IMG/VR virus record: IMGVR_UViG_3300031555_004037
DNA length: 64,000 nucleotides
Strand: one strand, 5' to 3'
Source: a virus
Lineage: Duplodnaviria > Heunggongvirae > Uroviricota > Caudoviricetes
Notes under the pieces: generated by a model
What the model was told of the DNA's origin: nothing
The model's input: only the letters and a program-made list of their open reading frames with translations
The model's database searches: none
Shown: positions 29,023 to 37,700 of the stretch, in pieces
Layout: each line of letters opens with the position of its first letter
Position numbering within the stretch: position 1 is the stretch's first letter
Position numbers and translations under genes: made by a program

Positions 29023-30378
29023 ATGACAACAAAATACAACAAAAAGTGGTATAAACCAGAAAAGTTAAGTACCAAAATTTTATTAACTGTATTAATTTTA
29101 TTATTTATCAGAGTATGTTCTAATATTCCTATTCCTTTTATCAATAAGGAATATCTTGAAATTATGTTTGCTGATAATTCAGCATTTTCACTTATTAATA
29201 CATTTTCTGGTGGTTCATTTACTCAAATGTCCTTTATGGCATTAAGTGTAACACCTTATATTACTGCATCTATTGTTTTACAATTATTAACTATTGTATT
29301 TCCTAAATTAGCAGAAATTCCAAAGGGTAGTCCAGAAGATAAAAAGAAATGGGAAATTTGGCAATTTGTTGTTGGTATTATTTTAGGAATTACACAATCT
29401 ATTGGTGTAGCATTAACTTTTGGTAGACAAGGTTTAATTACACCTTATAATTTTGGAACAGTTGCTTTAACCGTATTATTATGGTCATTAGGTGCTATAA
29501 TTACTATTGGAGCAGGTACATATATTACTAAATGTTGTTTTGGAAATGGTATCTCACTTATTTTAACAATGAATATTATTTCTTCATTACCTGGAGATAT
29601 TCTTAATTTCTATAATATGTATATTAAGGGAGAGAATATTGGAAATATTATTATTGCTTGTTTAGTAGGTCTTTTAATTGTTTTAGGACTTATTTCAGCA
29701 ACAGTTATTCTTAATGGGGCACAGAAAGAAATCAATGTAATTTATTCTAAAAATGCTTATAAGAATGGTGGAAATAATAAATCTGTATCAACTATTCCAC
29801 TTAAATTGAATATTGCTGGTGTAATGCCTGTAATTTTTACATCAACATTATTCTCATTACCACTTATGTTTTTAACAAATTCTTCAAATAAAGTAGCACA
29901 AGCAATAGTACATATTTGTTCATCTACTTATTGGTTTGACGGAGAACATTGGTGGAGAACTATTGGATTTTTCTTATATGGTGCGTTAGTTATATTCTTT
30001 GCATATTTTTATACTGCTATTGTATTTAATCCATTTGAAATTGCACAGAATTTAAAGAAATCAGGTGCTTGTATTCCTGGTGTTCGACCTGGACAACCTA
30101 CCATTGAATATTTAACAAAGCAAAGTAAGTATTTAACTTTAATTGGTGCTGTTTATTTATTCTTATTAACTCAAATTCCTATGTTTATTATGCAATTTAC
30201 AGACTTGAGTTATTTATCATTTGGTGGTACTTCAATTATTATTATTGTTGGTGTAGTATTAGAAATTGCTACAACTCTTAAATCTGAAAGATTAAAATTT
30301 GCTTATACAAAAGCAACCTCAAGTAATTCATTTTTAGGTTTAAAAACAAATCAAAATGTAAGAAAGGGAGTATTTTAA
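29023..30378 (+). CDS. secY: SecY protein translocase subunit (mobile-element-encoded copy)
   Basis: FSGGSFTQMSFMALSVTPYITASIVLQLLT ~ FSGGAL...ALGIMPYISASIIIQLLT; GITQSIGVALTF ~ AIFQSIGIATGL; LKKSGACIPGVRPGQPTIEYL ~ [21 protein letters not shown]; 10 TM-like segments; not in spc-operon context. Confidence 0.9.
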   Translation: MTTKYNKKWYKPEKLSTKILLTVLILLFIRVCSNIPIPFINKEYLEIMFADNSAFSLINTFSGGSFTQMSFMALSVTPYITASIVLQLLTIVFPKLAEIPKGSPEDKKKWEIWQFVVGIILGITQSIGVALTFGRQGLITPYNFGTVALTVLLWSLGAIITIGAGTYITKCCFGNGISLILTMNIISSLPGDILNFYNMYIKGENIGNIIIACLVGLLIVLGLISATVILNGAQKEINVIYSKNAYKNGGNNKSVSTIPLKLNIAGVMPVIFTSTLFSLPLMFLTNSSNKVAQAIVHICSSTYWFDGEHWWRTIGFFLYGALVIFFAYFYTAIVFNPFEIAQNLKKSGACIPGVRPGQPTIEYLTKQSKYLTLIGAVYLFLLTQIPMFIMQFTDLSYLSFGGTSIIIIVGVVLEIATTLKSERLKFAYTKATSSNSFLGLKTNQNVRKGVF

Positions 30379-30537
30379 ATGAGAAGATTAAGAAATGAAT
30401 TAAAATCAATTAAATGGTTAAAGAGTGATGATGTAATGAAACAAACATTATTAGTGACAAGTGTGACAGTTTTAAGTGGTGCAATTCTATTAGGACTTGA
30501 CACTCTTGTACAATATATTATTGGAATTATCGTATAA
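30379..30537 (+). CDS. secE: SecE translocase subunit (52 aa; not in ORF track)
   Basis: MRRLRNELKSIKWLKSDDVMKQTLLVTSVTVLSGAILLGLDTLVQYIIGIIV ~ Bacillus SecE (K-x-x-W-P ... single TM ... LLD); RBS AAGGGAG; directly downstream of secY. Confidence 0.7.
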   Translation: MRRLRNELKSIKWLKSDDVMKQTLLVTSVTVLSGAILLGLDTLVQYIIGIIV

Positions 30538-30546
30538 GGAGATAAT

Positions 30547-31227
30547 ATGTTAATAACTGATGTTATGAAAATCTGTAAAATAAAATGGTTATACAAGGAT
30601 AATGAATTTTATTATTGTATGACCGACATAGTTACAGGTAAGGATATAATTATATATTCAAGTAATGACGAATATGATGAAGAAGATGATGAAGAAGATG
30701 AATATGAGGACGAATATGACGAAGATGAAATAGATATAGAAAATGTAGCTTGTTTTCGTGAAAGATTTTATGAAACATATATACAATGTTCAAAAACTTT
30801 AGATAATATAATACAATCTGTAATTCTTATTGGGGAATTTGAAGAAGATGTGGATTGTATTTATCTAAATGTAGCAAATCTTTGTATGTTTGCATTTGTA
30901 GATTGGATTTGTCACGCAGGATATTTAGAGTTAAATCATAGAAATCATACTGCCAAAATGAAAGATACAATTTCAAGAAAAACAATTACAGTAATGAATT
31001 GTTCAGATGAATGTGCTGAATCACTTCAAGATTTTGTAAATTTTATGGCAACAAATGAAAAAGTTGATTATTCTCTTAATGGTAAAAATACAATTTTATT
31101 TATGGGAACTAATTTAATGTATGACTTTGAAAAAATACAGTATGATAATATATCTAACGATTTGACTTTTGGAGATTTAGAACATCTTTATATGGAATTA
31201 TTTGAATATATGTTATATGATAAATAA
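30547..31227 (+). CDS. highly acidic hypothetical protein
   Basis: DEYDEEDDEEDEYEDEYDEDEIDIEN; between secE and the flotillin gene. Confidence 0.45.
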   Translation: MLITDVMKICKIKWLYKDNEFYYCMTDIVTGKDIIIYSSNDEYDEEDDEEDEYEDEYDEDEIDIENVACFRERFYETYIQCSKTLDNIIQSVILIGEFEEDVDCIYLNVANLCMFAFVDWICHAGYLELNHRNHTAKMKDTISRKTITVMNCSDECAESLQDFVNFMATNEKVDYSLNGKNTILFMGTNLMYDFEKIQYDNISNDLTFGDLEHLYMELFEYMLYDK

Positions 31228-31250
31228 AAAGAAAAAGGAGATTATTTAAA

Positions 31251-32780
31251 ATGAATGGACTAATTTCATTTGGAACAACTTTTGTTGTAATTGCTGTTAT
31301 TTTTGCAATTATTATTATTTTCACAAGTTATGTGAAAGCACCACCTGATAAAGCATATATTATTTCAGGTTTAAGAAGGAAACCAAAGATTTTAATTGGT
31401 AGAGCTGGATTAAAAATTCCGTTCTTTGAAAGAAAAGACGAATTGTTAATTAAGCAGATTTCTATTGATATTAAGACAGGCGATTATGTACCTACATTAG
31501 ATTTCATTGGTGTTAATATTGACGCTGTTGCAAAAGTCAAAGTTAGAACTGATGAAGAGGGTATTCAGTTGGCAATGAAGAACTTCCTTAATATGAGAGA
31601 AGACGCTATTATGAGTGCATTAGTTGATTCTTTACAAGGTAATATGAGAGAAATTATTGGTACTATTACTCTTAAAGATTTGTGTAATGATAGAAAGAAA
31701 TTCGGTGACGAAATTCAGAGTAAAGCACAGATTGATATGAATAATCTTGGTATTGAAATTATTTCTTGTAACATTCAGCACGTTGAAGACCAAAATGATT
31801 TAATCATTGCTTTAGGTCAAGATAATATGGCAAAAATTCAGAAAGATGCGTCAATCGCAAAGGCTATGGCTGATAGAGATGTTGCTATTGCACAAGCACA
31901 AGCAGAAAAAGAAGCAAATGACGCAAAAGTTCAATCAGATACAGAAATTGCTATTAAGCAAAATGAGTTGGCTATTAAGAGAGCAGAACTTAAAACTATT
32001 GAAGATGCTAAAAAGGCAGAGGCAGACGCTGCATATAAGATTCAAGAAGAAGAGCAGAGAAAGTCTATTGAGGTATCAACTGCTAATGCAGATATTGCTC
32101 GTCAAGAGAAAGAAATTGAATTAAAGAGAAAAGAGGCTGAAGTTCAAGAACAGGCACTTGACGCACAGATTAAGAAACAAGCAGAGGCAGAAAGATTTGC
32201 TAAACAACAAGCAGCAGACGCAGAATTGTATGAAAGACAGAGAAATGCAGAGGCAGAAAAGTTTGAATTAGAAAAACAAGCAGAGGCAAGAAAAGCACAG
32301 GCTGATGCAGACAGATATGCAAGAGAGCAAGAGGCAGAGGGTATTGCTGCTGTTGGTAAAGCAGAGGCAGAGGCTATTGCAGCTAAAGGTAAAGCAGAAG
32401 CAGAAGCACTTGAAAAGAAAGCCGAAGCAATGAAGAAATATGGACAAGCAGCAATTATTGAAATGATTGTTGATAAGTTACCAGATATTGCAGCATCAGT
32501 TGCTAAACCTTATGGAGATATTGATAACTTTACAGTTATTGACGGTGGAAATGGCGAGGGCAATAGTGTAGGTAATTTAGTACCACAGAATATTGCTAGT
32601 ACAAGAAAAGTAATCAATGATTTACTTGGTGTTGATATTGCTGATTTAGTTAGAGCAGATACATATGACGCTAAAGTAAATAAGAATGTAACAGTTAGTG
32701 GATTAGAGAATTTACAGTCTGTTACCGTAAATAATGAGTGTAATACTACACCAACAACTACAACAGTTGTAGAAGAATAA
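31251..32780 (+). CDS. flotillin-like SPFH/band-7 protein (FloT/YqiK-like)
   Basis: N-terminal TM; SPFH domain (YIISGLRRKPKILIGRAGLKIPFFE...); long Ala/Glu-rich coiled coil (AEAEA repeats) typical of flotillins. Confidence 0.8.
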   Translation: MNGLISFGTTFVVIAVIFAIIIIFTSYVKAPPDKAYIISGLRRKPKILIGRAGLKIPFFERKDELLIKQISIDIKTGDYVPTLDFIGVNIDAVAKVKVRTDEEGIQLAMKNFLNMREDAIMSALVDSLQGNMREIIGTITLKDLCNDRKKFGDEIQSKAQIDMNNLGIEIISCNIQHVEDQNDLIIALGQDNMAKIQKDASIAKAMADRDVAIAQAQAEKEANDAKVQSDTEIAIKQNELAIKRAELKTIEDAKKAEADAAYKIQEEEQRKSIEVSTANADIARQEKEIELKRKEAEVQEQALDAQIKKQAEAERFAKQQAADAELYERQRNAEAEKFELEKQAEARKAQADADRYAREQEAEGIAAVGKAEAEAIAAKGKAEAEALEKKAEAMKKYGQAAIIEMIVDKLPDIAASVAKPYGDIDNFTVIDGGNGEGNSVGNLVPQNIASTRKVINDLLGVDIADLVRADTYDAKVNKNVTVSGLENLQSVTVNNECNTTPTTTTVVEE

Positions 32781-32842
32781 AAAAATTATTAGTAGAGTAC
32801 GGTCTAAAAAGGTCGTACTCTATTATAATGTAAGGAGATAAT

Positions 32843-34651
32843 ATGTGGAAGAAAATTAGAGAATGGTTTAAAAAGAATAGGGGTTTAATTATTATTAGTT
32901 TTTTAGCCTCTATTATTACAATAACAATTTTACAAAATCGTCAATTATCTCAACAGCCTGAAATTAAAACCATTTCATATCAAGAATTTGAACAACTTGT
33001 AGAAGAAGAAAAAGTAGATAGTATCTATTATAATAAATCAAATGAATGGATGACTATTACTTTATTTAATGTTGAATCAAAAACATTAGATGCAAAAGAG
33101 AGATTAAATTATCAAGGATATACAAATGAAGATAAAAGAAATGTATCATATCCAGCATATGAAGAATTTAGGCACGATATGTTGAGTAATAATATAAATA
33201 TGATAATTGTAGACCCAAAAGTGTCTTTTATTGAAAAAGCATTATCAATCGTTTCTTTAATGTTTCCGTTATTATGGGTTTTTATTATTATGAGAATGTT
33301 AATTAGTTCTACTCAAGGAAATGTTAAAAGAAAAGAAATTATACAAACAAGTAATGTAAAATTTACTGATATTATTGGTCACGAAGAGATATTAGAAGAT
33401 GTTAAATTCATTACTGAACTTATTAAAAACCCTAAACTTGGAGATGATATAGGGGCAAAAGTTCCTAAAGGTATTTTATTAAGTGGAGAACCAGGTACAG
33501 GAAAAACTCTTATTGCAAAAGCAATCGCAGGAGAGGCAGGAGTACCATTCTTATATCAAAATGCGTCAAGTTTTATAGATAGATTTGTCGGTATGGGTGC
33601 AAAAAATGTTCGTGATTTATTTAAACTTGCAAAAGAAAATGCCCCTTGTGTATTATTTATAGATGAAATTGACGCTATTGGTGGAAATAGAAATAATGGT
33701 AAGGGTACATCTGAAAATGACCAAACAATAAATGCGTTATTACAAGAAATGGATGGTTTTACAGGTAGAGAGGGAATTTTTATAATTGCTGCTACTAATA
33801 GACCTGATATTCTTGATAGTGCTTTGGTTAGAGCAGGACGATTTGATAGACAAATTATTGTATCTGCCCCTAGAGATTGGGGAGTTAGAAAAGATTTATT
33901 TGAACATTATCTAAATAAATTTAAAGTTTTAGATGATGTAAATATAGTAAATTTAAGTAAACAAACAGCAGGATTTACTGGTGCTGATATTGCTGCAATT
34001 TGTAATGAGGCTAGTATTATTGCAGTTATGCAAGAAAAAGACGCTATTGATATGGATTGTATTGAAGAGGCTATTGATAAGAAAATCTTTAAAGGAAATC
34101 GTGCTAAAAAAGAGAAATACTTTGAAGATAAAAAGATTGTTGCTTATCACGAATCTGGACACGCTGTTATGAGTTATTTATTAGGAGAACCTATTGCTAG
34201 AGCAAGTATTCAATCTACTGTTTCTGGTGTTGGTGGTGTAGTATTTAATGAAGATAAAGATAGTGTATTTCAAACTAATATTGACTTTGAGAATAGAGTT
34301 TTGATATGCTATGCTGGTAGAGCATCAGAAGAAATTAAATTCAACTCTGTTACAACTGGTGCTTCTAATGATATTACACAAGCAACAAATGTTATGATGA
34401 ACTACATAGAAAAATTTGGTTTTGATAAAGAATTTGGTTTATTAGATATTGGTGTTTTAAGTAAGGAACATTTAATCAATAGTGAAGAAATTACTAATAA
34501 ATTAAGTAATATGTCTAGGAATTTATATGAAAAAAGTTTATCATTATTAAAAGATAACTATAAATTAGTAGAAACTTTGGCTAATAAATTATTAGATGTT
34601 GGAACATTATCTGGTGACGAAATTACAGAATTATTTAATAACTGTAATTAA
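32843..34651 (+). CDS. ftsH: FtsH-family membrane AAA+ zinc metalloprotease
   Basis: Two N-terminal TM helices; Walker A GEPGTGKT; Walker B VLFIDEIDAIG; second region of homology ATNRPDILDSALVRAGRFDRQ; HEXXH HESGHAV. Confidence 0.9.
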   Translation: MWKKIREWFKKNRGLIIISFLASIITITILQNRQLSQQPEIKTISYQEFEQLVEEEKVDSIYYNKSNEWMTITLFNVESKTLDAKERLNYQGYTNEDKRNVSYPAYEEFRHDMLSNNINMIIVDPKVSFIEKALSIVSLMFPLLWVFIIMRMLISSTQGNVKRKEIIQTSNVKFTDIIGHEEILEDVKFITELIKNPKLGDDIGAKVPKGILLSGEPGTGKTLIAKAIAGEAGVPFLYQNASSFIDRFVGMGAKNVRDLFKLAKENAPCVLFIDEIDAIGGNRNNGKGTSENDQTINALLQEMDGFTGREGIFIIAATNRPDILDSALVRAGRFDRQIIVSAPRDWGVRKDLFEHYLNKFKVLDDVNIVNLSKQTAGFTGADIAAICNEASIIAVMQEKDAIDMDCIEEAIDKKIFKGNRAKKEKYFEDKKIVAYHESGHAVMSYLLGEPIARASIQSTVSGVGGVVFNEDKDSVFQTNIDFENRVLICYAGRASEEIKFNSVTTGASNDITQATNVMMNYIEKFGFDKEFGLLDIGVLSKEHLINSEEITNKLSNMSRNLYEKSLSLLKDNYKLVETLANKLLDVGTLSGDEITELFNNCN

Positions 34652-34691
34652 AATAAAATAAAATAAAATAAAATAAAATAAAATAAAATAA
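34648..34691. repeat. (AAAAT)n pentanucleotide microsatellite, about 8-9 units
   Basis: TAAAATAAAATAAAAT... fills the spacer between the ftsH stop and the RBS of the giant surface-protein gene. Confidence 0.9.
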
Positions 34692-34708
34692 GAAAGGGAA
34701 GGTATTTT

Positions 34709-37700
34709 ATGAAAAGCAAAAGATTAAAAACTCGAATTTTGGCATTATTTTTAACTATGTTGCTTGTTACTAATTCTCCATTAGTTGCTATGGCTGAAAA
34801 TAATCCATCATTTGTAGAAGACGAAATAGTTACTACCGAAGAAACAACTACAGAAGAAGTAACTACGGAAGAGGTAACTACGGAAGAAATTATAACAGAA
34901 GAAGTAACAACAGAGGAAATCACAACGGAGGAAATCACAACAGAAGAAGTTGTAACCGAAGAGATTACGACAGAAGAAACAACTACAGAAGATGTAATAG
35001 AAGAAATACCTATTACATTTAATCTTAATAGAAATACTTTAGTTGAATATTGTGTTCCGTCTGAAGTAATAACTAAAATTGAATCTACTACATTTACACA
35101 TCAAACAACAGAATATAATAAATATGAATTGATTACAGATAATGCAGTAGATAATAACAATAATGTTTGGTATGTTTATTCTGTTAAGAGTGTTTTAGAC
35201 GATGAAGTAATAACTTTAGGTAATGTTATATTCCCTAAATCAGTTAAAATAGAAGATACCTTAATTATTCCTGCGTCTGTAACAGATTCCGAAACTTATT
35301 CAGTATATGGTGTAGGTAATAGTAGTTTTAAAGACGCAAATATAATTAACACATTAGAAATTGAATCTGGAATAAGGACTATTGAAGATTCAGCATTTGA
35401 AAATTGTGGTGTTTCAAACATAACATTATCAGATACAATTATATCTTTTGGTTCGTCAGTATTTGCTAATAATGATAATCTTACATCATTTACTTTTCCG
35501 ACAAATCCAGCATTTGTTGAAACAGGTTATAAAGTTTTATATGATTGTAATAATTTAACATCAATTACATTAGGAGAGAATATTAAAGTTATTTCAGCAG
35601 AATCATTCTATCAATGTAATAAATTGACTAATGTAGTCATTCCAGACGGTTTACAAGCAATATTATATAGAGCATTTGCAAAAACTGCTATAACAGAAAT
35701 CAATTTAAAGAATATAACTGGATTAGGTGCTCAATCATTTGAACATTGTTATAATCTTGAAACTATTGATTGGGGTGCTTGTTTATGGGGTGGAAAGATT
35801 GATTATAGAACTTTCTATATGTGTAATTCATTAAAAGAAATCAATATACCTGATAATGTTGAGGTTGTAGGAACTGACGCTTTTAATGGTTGTACATCTG
35901 TTACAAGCATTGACTTGAATAATGTTATTCAAATTGAATATTGTGGATTTGCTAATACAGGTATTACTGAATTGACAATTCCTGAATCCGTTAAATCAAT
36001 GGGTGCATTTTCATTTGGTAATACCACAAATCTTGAAACTGTAACATTTAAAAATGATATTAGAATTTATATTAGTGATGATTCAGCACCAAGTAAACAA
36101 TTATTTATAGTATTTGGTAAATTAACATATAATGAGCCTAGTGATACTTGGAATAATGACGGTGGTGCTTGGAAAAATGATGTTATTAAAAAAATAATAA
36201 TAGATAATGAAAATATTACAGATTGTACTTTTGTTCCAAATGGAATGTTTCAGTATATGGGAATTGAAGAGGTTATTCTTTCTGATAATATTTCCACATT
36301 AAATTATCAAGCATTTTTTGATTGTAAAAATTTAAAGACTATTAAAGCAAATAAATTAAATGCAATTCAAGATTCAGTATTTCAGAATTGTACTTCATTA
36401 GAAGAAATAAATCCAACTGACGATGTAAAAATTAACTTTCCAGATACACTTTATTGGATAGGTACTAATGCCTTTTTTAAGTGTAGTTCATTAGGAGATG
36501 TTACATTAGATAAAAACATTTTCCATATTGGTAATAGTGCTTTTTATAACTCTGGTATTACTAATCTTGTGATTGGTAATAATGTTACTGAAATCGGTTC
36601 TTCTGCATTTAAAGAATTAGTAAATTGTGAAAGCATATATATAGATGTTGAACCGTCTTTAGTAGAATATAGAGAATACGGAACAATGTTTTGGGGATGT
36701 ACTTCATTAGATACTTTAACTATTGGTAAAAATGTAACTACTCTTGAACCAAATTGTCTACAAAATATGGTCACAAAACATCTTATTTTTGAAGAGGGTA
36801 GCACAATTACTGAAATACCAAATCATTGTGTTTATGGAAATGCTAATCTTGAAAGTGTTGTTTTACCAGAAAATTTAATAACAATTAGTGAAGAGGCATT
36901 TCAAGCCTGTTATTCTTTAAAAAGTATTGAATTACCAAATACAATTACTACAATTAAAAGAAATGGTTTCTTTGGATGTCATTCACTTGAAACAATAACT
37001 GGTTTAGAGAATGTTGAGTATATTGGTAATCACGCTTTCTTTAACAATATAAATCTTAAAGAAGTATATATTGGGGAAAATGTTAATTATTTAGGTGCAG
37101 CATCATTCTTTAATACTTATTCACTTGAAAAAGTTACTATTGATAATAAGTATATGATTGATGAAACTACAGGAGAAACTATTTGTAAAACAAGTGAAAC
37201 TCAAACTGAACCACAAGTACAAAACTATCTTACTAGAGTATTTGGTAGAGATGATAGAAATTTTGACCATAATGGTTTAGCATCACATTTAAACTTTAAT
37301 AAAGAAAATTGTACACCACAACATTCATATTTTGAATTAATAATTACTGATAAAGTAGCACAATTACAAGATTATGAGTGTGAGGGTATGTATGTAAGTA
37401 AAGTTACTATTCAAGATAATGGAAAACTTACTGAAATTCCTTATATGTGTTTTAGTAATTGTGAATATTTAGAAACAGTTAATTTAGGTACAATAAATAA
37501 AATTGATAAATACGCATTTACTTGTTGTACAAGTCTAACTGAAATTGAATTACCAATGTCTGTAACTAATGTTGGAGAATATGCTTTTTCTGGTTGTGAT
37601 TCACTAGAAGAAATATATTTATGGAATCCTGATGTTAAAATAGAAAATTATGAGGGTAGTGAATTAAAACACGCTACTGAAATAGTAAATGGTGGTTCAA

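Noticed and set aside
34648-34691. Possible CRISPR array or other spaced repeat
   Set aside because: The only short tandem array is a perfect pentanucleotide microsatellite with no spacers; no CRISPR-like repeat-spacer structure was seen anywhere in the window.
34648-34938. 96-aa minus-strand ORF overlapping the (AAAAT)n tract and the 5-prime end of the giant gene
   Set aside because: It is the antisense translation of the microsatellite plus the TTEEV repeat region (SSVV repeats); a repeat artefact, not a gene.
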